A DNA stretch of 64,000 bases from Candidatus Eiseniibacteriota bacterium (GTDB lineage Bacteria > Eisenbacteria > RBG-16-71-46 > SZUA-252): contig QJVW01000094.1 of the NCBI GenBank assembly GCA_003235575.1, positions 7,657-71,656 on the forward strand, written 5' to 3'. The translations under genes and the position numbers were made by a program. Under the pieces are notes generated by a model. That model was not told the DNA's origin, made no database searches, and was given only the letters and a program-made list of their open reading frames with translations. Shown in pieces: positions 41,782 to 52,138 of the stretch; positions within the stretch are counted from its first letter, which is position 1, and every line of letters starts with the position of its first letter.

Positions 41782-42751
41782 CGGTCGGCGCTTCCGGGTC
41801 ACCCGCGCCCGGAAGCGGCTCGAGGCCCAGCGTCTCCAACCATCGCTCGTCGCCGTTTCCGTGCAGGGTCCAGTAGGGGACGCGGAGCGTGCCCGTCAGC
41901 GAGGCGGATTCGGCGGCGTCGCCCCCCGGGCGCGTCCCGCGCGCGGCGCCGCTCCACGTCCACCGGAGCAGGCGGTGCGGATGCGCCGCCTCGATCCAGA
42001 ACCTTCCCTCGCGCCCGTCGTCCGGCGCCACCGTGTAGCGGATCGCGTCGAAGGTGCCCGCGGGGACGCGCACCGACTCCGACCGATCGGCGCGCCCGAT
42101 CGTCGCCGTGCCCCAGGCGGTCGCGCGGTGGGTGAGGCGCCGCACGAGGGACGACGGGAGGAAGGGCACCGTCCGCGTCTCGCCGGGGCGCAGGTACGCC
42201 CCGCGAAGCCCGCGCAGAAGGATGTACAGGTTGTCCTCCGGAACGCCGCCGCGCGGCGCCGCGCGTTCCCAATCGCCGCTCTCGCCTTCGAAATACGATC
42301 GAACGGTTTGACGAACGGCCGATCGGTCGAAGCGGAGTTCCTCGTACACGTGGCCGCACCACTCGGCGCTGCTGAACGAAATCTTCGCCGGCGCGAAGTC
42401 GCTGGACCGGGCGAACACCGACGTCATGGTGTTGTAGTCGTAGATGCCGGTCTGGAAGTCGCGCACCAAGTTCAGCTTCAACGCCTCGAACGTGTCGGCG
42501 GGATCCCGCGACGCATCGTCGACCTTGACGCGCCGCCGCATGCTGAACGGCTCGGTGACGTACACGAGGACGGCGCGACCGCCGCGCTCCTCGCCGTACC
42601 GCGTCACGGCGTAGCGATACCCGTTCAACTCGGCCTTGCCGTCCTGCCAGCTCCGTTCGAAGGATGGGGTCTCCGCGGCCGCCGCGCCGGCGATCAGAAT
42701 CGAGGCCAGGGCGAACGCCGCTCCCGCCCGTCGCATTGTGAGGCAGTCCAT
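41771..42751 (-). CDS. Secreted hypothetical protein
   Basis: Signal peptide; WQDGKAELNGY, RYGE, VTEPF, LKLN...FQTGIYDY, EWCGHVY, SYFEGE. Start at 42751 or 42736. Confidence 0.7.
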   Translation of the reverse strand: MDCLTMRRAGAAFALASILIAGAAAAETPSFERSWQDGKAELNGYRYAVTRYGEERGGRAVLVYVTEPFSMRRRVKVDDASRDPADTFEALKLNLVRDFQTGIYDYNTMTSVFARSSDFAPAKISFSSAEWCGHVYEELRFDRSAVRQTVRSYFEGESGDWERAAPRGGVPEDNLYILLRGLRGAYLRPGETRTVPFLPSSLVRRLTHRATAWGTATIGRADRSESVRVPAGTFDAIRYTVAPDDGREGRFWIEAAHPHRLLRWTWSGAARGTRPGGDAAESASLTGTLRVPYWTLHGNGDERWLETLGLEPLPGAGDPEAPTVTP

Positions 42752-42866
42752 TGGGGGCGCTCTCCTTCGGATGGGAGGAACGTACGATCCGTCTGGAGTA
42801 TAGATGCCGCGGGCCGTCGCAGAGTTCCGGGTTGTCTCCCGTGGGGGGAGGGGTAGACTCCACGTC

Positions 42867-43517
42867 ATGATCGAAGCGCGCGCGCGGCGGCGGGACGCGC
42901 GGGATGCCGCCGCCTGGCAGCGAATTCGGAACGGGGTCGCGGTCTGCCTGCTCGCGATCGCGTCGGGGACCGGCTGGAACGGCACGGCCACCGCCGCGCG
43001 ATGGAGCCTGGGCGCGAACTACGGCTTCGCCGTGCTCCACCCCGATCATCAACACAACACGACCGCCTTTTCCTGGCCCGGCACCTCGCTCGGGTTCCAA
43101 CCCGGCATGCGTCTGGGGGTCACCGGCGGAACGCGGACCAGCGAGGGGTACCTCGACCTCGGGGTCCTGTTCCTCGACGGCGACGACGATTCGCGGCGCG
43201 ATCTGCAGGCGTCGCTCCACTACCAACGGAATCTGGCGCCCGAGAGTCCCACGACGCTCTACTTCACGGCGGGAGCCGGCATCGTCCACCGCGCCGAGGA
43301 CATGCCTTCGTCGTCGGCCAGCGCCACCGCGGCCGTATTCGGCGGGGGCGTCGGCGTGCGGAACGAGATCTCCAACGGTTTCGGATCGCTGCGCGTCGAA
43401 GCCCGCGTGGACCGGATCGACAAGGGATCGGACGGCAGCGTGGTCCTGATCCCCCGCTCGTTCGTCTACGCTCTCAAGGTCGGCTTCGATCTTTGGCTTT
43501 TCGACGACGACGACTGA
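42867..43517 (+). CDS. Outer-membrane beta-barrel-like protein
   Basis: Signal-like N-terminus, alternating beta strands, LYFTAGAG, LRVEARVD, KVGFDLW. Confidence 0.6.
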   Translation: MIEARARRRDARDAAAWQRIRNGVAVCLLAIASGTGWNGTATAARWSLGANYGFAVLHPDHQHNTTAFSWPGTSLGFQPGMRLGVTGGTRTSEGYLDLGVLFLDGDDDSRRDLQASLHYQRNLAPESPTTLYFTAGAGIVHRAEDMPSSSASATAAVFGGGVGVRNEISNGFGSLRVEARVDRIDKGSDGSVVLIPRSFVYALKVGFDLWLFDDDD

Positions 43518-43569
43518 TGCGCCGGCCGTCGCCCATCGGCCGCGTCCGTCGCGGCGGAAGGAGGAATCC

Positions 43570-44145
43570 ATGAATCCCACCGCTTCCGATGTTCGCCGCG
43601 ATGTCGAGCGGCTGGAGGAGGACATCCTCGAGAAGTCGAAACGCTTGGCCGAACTGAAACGATCGCTTCCCCGGGAAACCGTGAAGGACTACGTCCTGGC
43701 CGGCTGGGATGGCCCCGTATCGCTTTCGTCGCTCTTCGAGGAGAAGACCGACCTGATCGTGATTCACAACATGGGGAAGGGGTGCCGCTACTGCACGCTT
43801 TGGGCGGACGGTTTCAACGGCGTCCGGCGCCATCTTGCCGACCGCGCCGGCTTCGTGGTCTGTTCCCCCGATTCGGTGGCGACCCAGAAATCGTTCGCGG
43901 CGAGTCGAGGCTGGGCGTTTCCCATGGTCTCCGGCCATGGATCGACCTTCATCGAGGATATGGGCTTTCGTGGAGAGAAGTCGTGGATGCCGGGTCTCTC
44001 GACCTTCCATCGACTTCCCGGAGGCGGCATCGAGCGGGTCGCCAGGGCGTTCTTCGGACCCTACGACCCCTTCTGCGGCGTGTGGCACATGATCGCGCTC
44101 CTCGCGGACGGCGAGAAGGAGTGGGCGCCCAAGTACGAGTACTAG
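43570..44145 (+). CDS. DUF899 family thioredoxin-like protein
   Basis: LSSLF...DLIVIHNMG..CRYCTLWADGF; strong AGGAGG RBS. Confidence 0.8.
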   Translation: MNPTASDVRRDVERLEEDILEKSKRLAELKRSLPRETVKDYVLAGWDGPVSLSSLFEEKTDLIVIHNMGKGCRYCTLWADGFNGVRRHLADRAGFVVCSPDSVATQKSFAASRGWAFPMVSGHGSTFIEDMGFRGEKSWMPGLSTFHRLPGGGIERVARAFFGPYDPFCGVWHMIALLADGEKEWAPKYEY

Positions 44146-44342
44146 GAGGAGGGGAACAGCCCTCCGGCCCGGCGCCGGCGGCGATCACTCCGGGCGGCCC
44201 GGACGGCCCAGCGCCGCCCGAATGGTAACTACATATTCCACAATATCTTATTGATTTTCCATCGCGATTCTGGCACGATGGGAATCGATCGATGTCGTGG
44301 AGTCGGCAAGGCTCCGATCCCGAGGGAAAGGACCCCAACCGC

Positions 44343-45980
44343 GTGAAATCCGCCACATCCACCCCCACAAAATTGACCATCGTCGCTCCCGAGGCGCCGG
44401 GACAGGACCAAATCCTCTCGCCGGAGGCGCTCTCGTTCGTGGCCGCCCTCGCCGGTCGGTTCCGTCCCCGAATCGAGGAGGCGCTGGCCCGCAGAGCAGC
44501 CCGCCGCAAGCGGTTAGCGGCGGGGGAGCCGATCGATTTCCTTCCGGAAACCGAATCGGTCCGCCGCAGTGACTGGCGCATCGCCCCGACGCCGCCCGAT
44601 CTCCAGAAGCGGATCGTGGAAATCACCGGCCCGGTCGATCCGAAGATGGTCATCAACGCGCTCAATTCCGGCGCCGACTGCTACATGGCGGACTTCGAGG
44701 ACTCGACCACGCCGACGTGGGCGAATCTGATCGAGGGGCAGCTCGCGCTGCGTGCCGCGGTTCGCCGCACGCTCGCCTACGACGATCCCCGGTCCGGCAA
44801 GAAGTACCGGCTCTCGAAGAACCCTGCGGTCCTTCTGGTCCGCCCGCGCGGCCTCCACCTTTCCGAACGCCACGTGCTTCTCGGCGGGGCGCCGATCCCC
44901 GGCGCGCTATTCGATTTCGGGCTCTATTTCTTCCACAACGCCCGCGAACTGGTGTCGCGCGGTACGGGGCCCTACTTCTATCTGCCGAAACTCGAGTCCC
45001 ACCTCGAGGCGAGGCTCTGGAACGACGTGTTCCTCGCGGCGCAGGAGGCCGTGGGGCTCCCGGTCGGAACGGTGAAGGCGACCGTCCTCATCGAGACGCT
45101 CTACGCCGCGTTCGAAATGGACGAAATCCTGCACGAGCTTCGGGACCACGCGGCCGGGCTGAACTGCGGACGCTGGGACTACATCTTCAGTTTCATCAAG
45201 GCACGCCGGAACGACCCGGCCGCGGTGCTGCCGGATCGCGGGCAGGTGACGATGGAGCAACCCTGCATGCGGGCCTACGCGCAGCTCTCGATCCGCGTTT
45301 GCCATCGCCGCGGCGCCCACGCCATGGGCGGCATGGCCGCGCAGATCCCCATTCGGGGCGACGCCGAGGCCAGCGAGTCGGCGCTCGCCAAGGTCCGAGC
45401 CGACAAGAACAGGGAAGCGGGGGACGGGCACGACGGCACCTGGGTGGCCCATCCGGGCCTAGTGTCGATCGCCCGCGAGGCGTTCTCCTCGCGCCTCGAA
45501 GGGCGGCCGAACCAGTTGGACGTGCCGCGGGATGACGTTCACGTGACTTCCGCGGATCTGCTGGCCGTCCCGAAGGGGACGCGCACCGAGGAGGGCCTGC
45601 GACAGAACGTCCGCGTCGGCATCCAGTACCTGGAAGCATGGCTGCGCGGAACCGGGTGCGTGCCGCTCTATCACCTCATGGAAGACGCCGCGACGGCCGA
45701 AATATCACGGGCGCAGGTGTGGCAGTGGATTCACCACCAAGCCGCGCTCGAAGACGGCCGGGCGGTCACGCCGGCGCTTCTGGAGGAAATCGTCGCCAGC
45801 GAGAAGCGGACCATCGCCGGCGAGGTAGGACCGGAGCGATTCCGAACCGGTCGCTTCGAAGAGGCGACGGACCTTTTCGTTCGTCTATCCACGGCGCCGG
45901 AGCTGGAGGAATTCCTCACGCTCCCCGCCTACGAACTGATTCACGCTTCGGAGACCACGTCGCCCCCTCGAGGGGCCTAG
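44343..45980 (+). CDS. aceB: Malate synthase A
   Basis: VEITGPVD, MADFEDS, RPRGLHL, YLPKLE, LNCGRWDYIFS, AMGGMAAQIP, LMEDAATAEISR. Start is GTG 44343 or ATG 44292. Confidence 0.96.
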   Translation: MKSATSTPTKLTIVAPEAPGQDQILSPEALSFVAALAGRFRPRIEEALARRAARRKRLAAGEPIDFLPETESVRRSDWRIAPTPPDLQKRIVEITGPVDPKMVINALNSGADCYMADFEDSTTPTWANLIEGQLALRAAVRRTLAYDDPRSGKKYRLSKNPAVLLVRPRGLHLSERHVLLGGAPIPGALFDFGLYFFHNARELVSRGTGPYFYLPKLESHLEARLWNDVFLAAQEAVGLPVGTVKATVLIETLYAAFEMDEILHELRDHAAGLNCGRWDYIFSFIKARRNDPAAVLPDRGQVTMEQPCMRAYAQLSIRVCHRRGAHAMGGMAAQIPIRGDAEASESALAKVRADKNREAGDGHDGTWVAHPGLVSIAREAFSSRLEGRPNQLDVPRDDVHVTSADLLAVPKGTRTEEGLRQNVRVGIQYLEAWLRGTGCVPLYHLMEDAATAEISRAQVWQWIHHQAALEDGRAVTPALLEEIVASEKRTIAGEVGPERFRTGRFEEATDLFVRLSTAPELEEFLTLPAYELIHASETTSPPRGA

Positions 45981-46027
45981 GACCACGGTAGGGAGCCCCC
46001 TCCGGGGCGCCCACGAGAGGAGATCGA

Positions 46028-47374
46028 ATGGCATCCCCCCGTCCCCAGCCGCATCGACCCGAAGGATCCACCGCCCCTCCCCATCGCTGGGAGGGCATCA
46101 CCCGCCCCTACTCGACGGAGGACGTCGTGCGGCTGCGGGGATCGGTGACCATCGAGCACACGCTGGCGGACCGTGGCGCGCGGCGCCTCTGGGACCTGAT
46201 GCAGGCCCCGGGATACGTGCACGCCCTCGGCGCCCTGACGGGCAATCAGGCCGTGCAGCAGGTTCGCGCGGGCCTGCAGGCGATCTACCTGAGCGGGTGG
46301 CAGGTGGCCGCGGACGCCAATCTCGCCGGTCAGACGTATCCCGATCAGAGCCTCTATCCGGCGAACAGCGTGCCGGCCATGGTGCGTCGCATCAATCAGG
46401 CGCTCCAGCGCGCCGACCAGGTGGAATTCGCGGAGTCGCGCGCGCGCGCCGCCGGAAGCGGGAACGGAACGCAGGGCACCGCCGCGAAGGATGCCGCGAT
46501 GGCGGTGGAGCGGGATTGGTTCGCGCCGATCATCGCCGACGCCGAGGCGGGATTCGGCGGCCCGCTCAACGCGTTCGAACTGATGAAGGCGATGATCGAC
46601 GCCGGCGCGGCCGGCGTGCATTTCGAGGATCAGCTCTCCTCGGAGAAGAAGTGCGGCCACCTCGGCGGGAAGGTGCTCTTGCCGACGGGACAGTTCCTGC
46701 GCACCCTGGTGGCGGCGCGTCTGGCCGCGGACGTCTCGAACGTCCCGACGATTCTGATCGCGCGCACGGACGCCGACAGCGCGAAGCTGATCACCAGCGA
46801 CATCGACGAGCGCGACCGCCCGTTCCTGACCGGCGAACGCACGCCGGAGGGGTTCCACCGGATCACGGGCGGGCTGAAGATGGCGATTGCGCGCGGCCGC
46901 GCCTACGCGCCCTACGCCGACCTGCTCTGGTGCGAGACCTCGACCCCCGACCTCAAGGAGGCGAAGGAGTTCGCCGAGGGGATCCACGCGGAGTTTCCCG
47001 GAAAGTTGCTCGCGTACAACTGCTCCCCGTCCTTCAACTGGAAGGCCAAGCTCGACGACGCGACCATCGCGTCGTTCCAGCGGGAGTTGGGCGCCATGGG
47101 ATACAAGTTCCAGTTCGTGACGCTCGCCGGCTTCCATGTCTTGAATCACGGCATGTTCGAACTGGCGCGCGATTACAAGGAGCGCGGCATGGCCGCCTAC
47201 AGCAGGCTGCAGCAGGCGGAGTTCGCCGCCGAGGAGTTCGGCTACAGCGCGACCCGCCACCAGCGCGAGGTGGGGACCGGCTATTTCGACCAGGTGACCC
47301 AGGTCATCGCGGGCGGCGCCAGCTCGACCACGGCGCTGGACGGTTCCACGGAAGTCGCGCAGTTCAAGAAATAG
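46028..47374 (+). CDS. aceA: Isocitrate lyase
   Basis: [19 protein letters not shown], catalytic [26 protein letters not shown]. Confidence 0.97.
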   Translation: MASPRPQPHRPEGSTAPPHRWEGITRPYSTEDVVRLRGSVTIEHTLADRGARRLWDLMQAPGYVHALGALTGNQAVQQVRAGLQAIYLSGWQVAADANLAGQTYPDQSLYPANSVPAMVRRINQALQRADQVEFAESRARAAGSGNGTQGTAAKDAAMAVERDWFAPIIADAEAGFGGPLNAFELMKAMIDAGAAGVHFEDQLSSEKKCGHLGGKVLLPTGQFLRTLVAARLAADVSNVPTILIARTDADSAKLITSDIDERDRPFLTGERTPEGFHRITGGLKMAIARGRAYAPYADLLWCETSTPDLKEAKEFAEGIHAEFPGKLLAYNCSPSFNWKAKLDDATIASFQRELGAMGYKFQFVTLAGFHVLNHGMFELARDYKERGMAAYSRLQQAEFAAEEFGYSATRHQREVGTGYFDQVTQVIAGGASSTTALDGSTEVAQFKK

Positions 47375-47390
47375 CGCGCGCCCGACCTAC

Positions 47391-48500
47391 CTACCGTCGC
47401 ACGCCCAGGCCCCGCGCCGCCAGCGTGGCCGCCCCGGCGCGAAACGCCTTCAAGTCCTTGTGCCCGTCCGGGTGGATCGAGTTCGTGAGGAGCACCAGGT
47501 AGCCGTCGCACGCCGGATCGATCCAGAACGAGACCCCGGTCCAGCCCGAGTGCCCGAAGGAGCGCCTGGAAAAGAGCGCGCCCCGCGGTGCGGCGTAGGG
47601 ACTGTCGATGTCGAACCCGAAGCCCCGCCGCACGCCGAGCGAGCGCGGGAGCTGGTTCGTCGTCAAGGCGCGGACCGACGACGCCGAGAGAATGCGGCGG
47701 CCCCCGGCGATTCCGCCCGCGAGGATCATCCGCGCGAACCGGGCCACGTCCGCTCCGGTGCCGAAGAGCCCGGCGTGGCCCGCGACACCGCCGAGCGCGC
47801 GGCTGCGCGCCCGCGGGTCGTGCACGCTGCCCCGCAGCATGACCCCGCGCGACCGCTCCGTCGGCGCGACGCGCCGGCGATCCCGCGTCCGCGTTCCGAA
47901 TCGCGTGTCCCGGCAACGAAGCGGACGGAACAGACGAGCCTCGGCCAGGCGTTCCATGCTCCGTCCGAAGCGCCGCTCCAGCACGCCCTGCAACAGGACA
48001 TAGCCGACGTCGGTGTAGATGAACCGGCGCCCCGGAGCCGCCCGGAGCCTTCCGCGCGCGATCGCGGCGTAGAGGCGGCTCTTGCTCCCCCGATAGTCCT
48101 CGATCGGATTGTCGGGGACGAACCCGGCGGTGTGCGTCAGGAGCCGGTGCAGCGGAATCCGGCCGACGCGCGTCCCGCGCGCCTCGTCGATCCACCGGGC
48201 CACGGGATCCTCCAGCGACAGTTCGCCGCGCCCGGCCGCCTCCACGGTGAGCGGCGCGGTCACCATCGGTTTCGTGAGCGATGCGAGATCGAAAATCGTG
48301 TCGAGGGTCATCCGCTCGCGGCGGGGTAGGAGCGCCCGGGAGCCCACGGCGGTTCGATGGGCCGGGCCCGCCGACGTTCCACTGAACGCCACGACCCCCG
48401 GCACCAGCCCTCCCGCGACGGCCTCCCGCAGGAACTGGTCGAACGGTCGCCACCGCGAGGACGAGGGCCGCAACCGCTTCGCACGTCTTGGCTTGGGCAT
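47391..48500 (-). CDS. Serine hydrolase, beta-lactamase class C/esterase family
   Basis: FDLASLTK, LLTHTAG, YTDVGY, VHDP, GHAGLFG, GHSGWTG. ATG 48500 lies 6 nt after TATGCT. Confidence 0.88.
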   Translation of the reverse strand: MPKPRRAKRLRPSSSRWRPFDQFLREAVAGGLVPGVVAFSGTSAGPAHRTAVGSRALLPRRERMTLDTIFDLASLTKPMVTAPLTVEAAGRGELSLEDPVARWIDEARGTRVGRIPLHRLLTHTAGFVPDNPIEDYRGSKSRLYAAIARGRLRAAPGRRFIYTDVGYVLLQGVLERRFGRSMERLAEARLFRPLRCRDTRFGTRTRDRRRVAPTERSRGVMLRGSVHDPRARSRALGGVAGHAGLFGTGADVARFARMILAGGIAGGRRILSASSVRALTTNQLPRSLGVRRGFGFDIDSPYAAPRGALFSRRSFGHSGWTGVSFWIDPACDGYLVLLTNSIHPDGHKDLKAFRAGAATLAARGLGVRR

Positions 48501-48590
48501 GCGGCGAGCATACGCGCGGGGGGGCGGATCGTCACCCGGAAGAATTTTGGAAAAAATTGAGAACATTTCCCGGCACCGGTGTATTGGAGA

Positions 48591-48740
48591 GTGTGACCCC
48601 TCCGACGCGGGTGGCCACTGACCGGAGTCCTTAGTCACCGCCCTGGTGGGCTCGATGCCCGCCAGGGCGGAGGCGTATCCAGGGGATTCCATGTTTCCGT
48701 CTCGTACACGCAGGTCTCCGGCCACACGCTCCCGAGGCGT
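48591..48740. other. Structured intergenic element, possible sRNA
   Basis: 14-bp hairpin at 48638-48670 plus two mutually exclusive longer-range pairings, in a 358-bp gap. Confidence 0.3.
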
Positions 48741-48776
48741 ACTTCTTGATGGTACCCAGGGACCAAACCTGACATC

Positions 48777-48804
48777 TTGACTGGCTCCGAGGGTCTGCGA
48801 CAAT
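48777..48804 (+). promoter_or_regulatory. sigma70-like promoter of the ccm operon
   Basis: TTGACT-N16-GACAAT with TG just upstream of the -10 element. Confidence 0.5.
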
Positions 48805-48858
48805 CCTATGGCGAAAGGAGAGGGGCGGCCCATCGAGGGCTAACCCCAGGAAAAATAA

Positions 48859-49269
48859 ATGAATACAACCGCGAAAATCGCCATCGTCTCGCTCGTCATC
48901 GTGGGCGCCGTGTCCTACCTGATCCTGTCCGGCGTGAAGCAGACGGGGCTCCAGTACATGACCGTCACGGAATTGGCGCAGATGGAAAAGGCGCCCAAGG
49001 CCGACGGCTTCCGCCTCGACGGCGTGGTGGCCGCCGGCAGCGTGGCGTACGACCAGAAGCAGCCGCGCCTGACCTTCCGGATGACCGACGGCAAGGAGGC
49101 GGTTCACGTCGTCTACGACGGCCTCATGCCCGACGCGTTCGCCGAGGGGCGGGACGTCGTCGTCGAGGGGACGTTCCGACACACCGACCGCACGCTCCAC
49201 GCCTCCAAGCTGGTGACGAAGTGTCCCTCGAAATATGAATCCGAAGGACTAGGGGAGGACCGCTCGTGA
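48859..49269 (+). CDS. ccmE: Cytochrome c maturation heme chaperone, CxxxY variant
   Basis: N-terminal TM, PDAFAEGRDVVVEG, KCPSKY. Confidence 0.92.
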   Translation: MNTTAKIAIVSLVIVGAVSYLILSGVKQTGLQYMTVTELAQMEKAPKADGFRLDGVVAAGSVAYDQKQPRLTFRMTDGKEAVHVVYDGLMPDAFAEGRDVVVEGTFRHTDRTLHASKLVTKCPSKYESEGLGEDRS

Positions 49270-51227
49270 GCGAACTCGGCCGGCTCGCGATCCTGGTTGC
49301 CTTCCTCTGCGCCGTCTACTCGACCGGCGTCATCGCCTGGGGTCTCCGCTCCGGGCTGGCGGGCCCCCTTCGAAGCGGACGCAACGCCCTCTGGGCCGTC
49401 TGTTCGCTGACCGTCCTCGCAACGATCATCCTCTCGCGCGCCCTGGTGGCCCGCGATTTCACCTACCGCTACGTCGCGGAGCATACGAGCCTCGACCTGC
49501 CGGCCATGTACGCCTTCGCTTCGCTCTGGGCGGGGCAGGAGGGATCGCTCCTGCTGTGGCTGCTCATCCTCTGCGCCTACGGCGCGGCGTTCCTCTGGTT
49601 CTATCGGAACCGGCTCGATCCGTTCTACGACGCCGTCGTGATGGTGGTCTCGTCGGTGGCGGTGTTCTTCACGTTCCTGCTGGCGTTCGTCTGCTCGCCG
49701 TTCCGGATGCTGGCGTCGCCCCCGGCCGACGGCATGGGGCTGAATCCGCTGTTGCAGGATCCGGGCATGATGATTCATCCCCCGATCCTCTACACCGGCT
49801 ACGTCGGCTTCATCATTCCCTTCGCGTTCGGCATCGCCGTGTTGCTCATGAACCGCACCGGCACGCGCTGGATCGAGGAGGTCCGGCGCTGGACGCTGTT
49901 CTGTTGGATGTTCCTCGGCTTCGGCGTGTTGCTGGGCGCGCGCTGGGCCTACATCGAACTGGGATGGGGCGGCTACTGGGGCTGGGATCCGGTCGAGAAC
50001 GCATCGCTGATGCCGTGGCTCGTCGGCACCGCGTTCCTCCACTCCGTCATGATCGAGCAGCGGCGCGGCATGCTGAAGACGTGGAACGTCGCGCTGATCG
50101 TGCTGACGTTCGAATTGTCGATCTTCGGGACGTTCCTCACGCGGTCGGGGGTGCTGACCTCGGTCCATTCCTTCGCGGAGTCGAACATCGGTCCGTGGTT
50201 CATGGCCTTCATCATCGGCTCGAGCACCCTGGCGACGGCGCTCATCCTCTATCGCAAGGCGCTGCTCGAGAGCGAGAACAAGATGGACGCGATCGTCTCG
50301 CGCGAGGGGTCGTTCCTCTTCAACAACGTTCTCTTCGTCGCGCTCACGTTCGCCACGTTCCTCGGCACGACGTTCCCCGTGCTGAGCGAGGCCGTGACGG
50401 GCGCGAAGATCTCCGTTTCGGCGCCCTTCTTCAATCGCGTCAACGTGCCGATCGGCCTGGCGCTCCTGATCCTCACCGGCATGGGGCCCGTGCTGTCGTG
50501 GAAGCGCGCGACCGCGTCGGTTCTCCAGCGCAACTTCCTGATTCCGACGGTCCTCGGCGTCGTGGTGACCTTGCTGAGCCTGCCGCTCGGCGTGAAGGGT
50601 CTCTACCCGATCGTGACGGTCTTCGGATCGGCGTTCGTCATGGCGACGATCGTCATGGAATTCGCCCGCGGGCTGCAGGCCCGGAAGGACGTGGCCGCCG
50701 GCCGCGGGGCCATGGCCATCGTGGACCTCATGGCCAAGAACCGGCGGCGCTACGGCGGCTACGTGATTCACGCCGGCGTGGTGATGATCTTCGTGGGCGT
50801 TCTCGGCTCCTCCGTGTTCCAGAAGGAGGCGCACCAGCCGCTTCGGACCGGCGATTCGATGGCGATCGGTGACTACCGCCTGACCCTGCGCGGCACCGAG
50901 CAGAAGATGGAGAAGAACGCCGCGTTGACGAGCGCGGTTCTCGACGTCTCCAAGGACGGGAAGTCGCTCGGACAGTCGCATCCGTCGAAGGCGATGTATT
51001 TCAAGTCGCAGCAGCCGATGACCGAGGTCGCCCTGCACCAGACCCCGGGCGAGGACCTGTACATGATCCTGGGCGGCGTGAACGAGGACGGCACCGTGTC
51101 GATTCAGGCATACATCAACCCGCTCGTCAGCCTCATCTGGGCCGGGGGGGTCGTGATGCTCTTCGGCACGCTGATCGCGCTTTCCGACAAGATGCGTCTG
51201 CGGCGGGAGGAAAAGGTCGCCGTATGA
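49266..51227 (+). CDS. ccmF: Heme lyase CcmF
   Basis: WAGQEGSLLLW, GLNPLLQ, IHPP, WGGYWGWDPVENASLMPWL, TRSGVLTSVHSF. Confidence 0.96.
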   Translation: MSELGRLAILVAFLCAVYSTGVIAWGLRSGLAGPLRSGRNALWAVCSLTVLATIILSRALVARDFTYRYVAEHTSLDLPAMYAFASLWAGQEGSLLLWLLILCAYGAAFLWFYRNRLDPFYDAVVMVVSSVAVFFTFLLAFVCSPFRMLASPPADGMGLNPLLQDPGMMIHPPILYTGYVGFIIPFAFGIAVLLMNRTGTRWIEEVRRWTLFCWMFLGFGVLLGARWAYIELGWGGYWGWDPVENASLMPWLVGTAFLHSVMIEQRRGMLKTWNVALIVLTFELSIFGTFLTRSGVLTSVHSFAESNIGPWFMAFIIGSSTLATALILYRKALLESENKMDAIVSREGSFLFNNVLFVALTFATFLGTTFPVLSEAVTGAKISVSAPFFNRVNVPIGLALLILTGMGPVLSWKRATASVLQRNFLIPTVLGVVVTLLSLPLGVKGLYPIVTVFGSAFVMATIVMEFARGLQARKDVAAGRGAMAIVDLMAKNRRRYGGYVIHAGVVMIFVGVLGSSVFQKEAHQPLRTGDSMAIGDYRLTLRGTEQKMEKNAALTSAVLDVSKDGKSLGQSHPSKAMYFKSQQPMTEVALHQTPGEDLYMILGGVNEDGTVSIQAYINPLVSLIWAGGVVMLFGTLIALSDKMRLRREEKVAV

Positions 51228-51733
51228 CGCGTCCCGGGCTCGCCGTCGCGATTCGCTCCCTCTGCGTCGCCGTGCTGCTGGCGGCGATTCCCGTCCACGC
51301 GGCCGACGCCCCGGCCGGGGACACGAAGGATCCCGGGCGCGCCATCACGAGTCAGCTCATCTGTCCCTGTTCCTGCGGCGAGGTGCTGAGCGGCTGCACC
51401 TGCGAGACCGGGATCGCCCTCAAGGGGTACGTCGACGACGAGCTCAAGGCGGGGAAGGACAAGGACGCCATCGAGGCCGCGCTCATCGCCAAGTACGGCG
51501 AGGTGATCCTCGGGGCGCCGAAGGCGAAGGGATTCAACCTCGTCGTCTGGATCGCCCCGTTCGCGGCGACGCTCCTCGGATTCGCCATCGCCAGCATGGT
51601 CCTGGTTCGCTGGGTTCGCGGGAAGCGGGCGGCGATGGCCGCCGCCCCCGGCGGCGCGCCTGCCGATCCCGATCGATCGCTCGACGCGCTCCGCGCCCGC
51701 GCCGAAGCCGAACTACGCGAACTCAAGGAGTAA
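51224..51733 (+). CDS. ccmH: Cytochrome c biogenesis protein CcmH
   Basis: Signal peptide, LICPCSC...CTC, YGEVILGAP, WIAP followed by a TM helix. Confidence 0.85.
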   Translation: MTRPGLAVAIRSLCVAVLLAAIPVHAADAPAGDTKDPGRAITSQLICPCSCGEVLSGCTCETGIALKGYVDDELKAGKDKDAIEAALIAKYGEVILGAPKAKGFNLVVWIAPFAATLLGFAIASMVLVRWVRGKRAAMAAAPGGAPADPDRSLDALRARAEAELRELKE

Positions 51734-51739
51734 TCACGG

Positions 51740-52138
51740 ATGGTCGTCGCGTTGCAGGTCCTGCTGATCCTCGTCGTAGGCTTCGTCGTTTTCGCACCGC
51801 TCGTTCGGCTCCGCGGCCAGCGCATCCCGCGCGAGGCCGCGATCGTGAATCTGCAACGGTCCATCGCCGAGCGGAAGAATCGCCACTACATGCAGCTCAT
51901 GGAACTCGACGCGGACCTGAGCTCCGGCAAGGTTTCGAGCGAGGACCACGCACGGATGAGGGAGGAGACGATGCAGGAGGTCCTCCTGGTGCTGGCGGAA
52001 GAGGATCGTCTTGGCCTCGCGCCCGCCGATGCGCCGGGCGCGCCCGCCGCCGCCGCCGCCCCCTCACGCGACCGCGCCGAGCGAATGATCGAAGAGATGA
52101 AGCAGCGGCGCGCTTCCTTGGAGGCCCCCCCCGCATGA
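51740..52138 (+). CDS. CcmI N-terminus-like membrane protein
   Basis: N-terminal TM; LMELDADLSSGKVSSEDH; located in the ccm operon. Confidence 0.6.
   Translation: MVVALQVLLILVVGFVVFAPLVRLRGQRIPREAAIVNLQRSIAERKNRHYMQLMELDADLSSGKVSSEDHARMREETMQEVLLVLAEEDRLGLAPADAPGAPAAAAAPSRDRAERMIEEMKQRRASLEAPPA

Noticed and set aside
44271-44290. TGGCACG upstream of aceB as a sigma54 promoter
   Set aside because: There is no GC at the -12 position (GG-N10-AT).
48611-48725. Cobalamin-riboswitch-like fragments (GCCACTG on the plus strand, GGAGACCTGC on the minus strand)
   Set aside because: The two motifs are on opposite strands and the GGGAA elements are missing.
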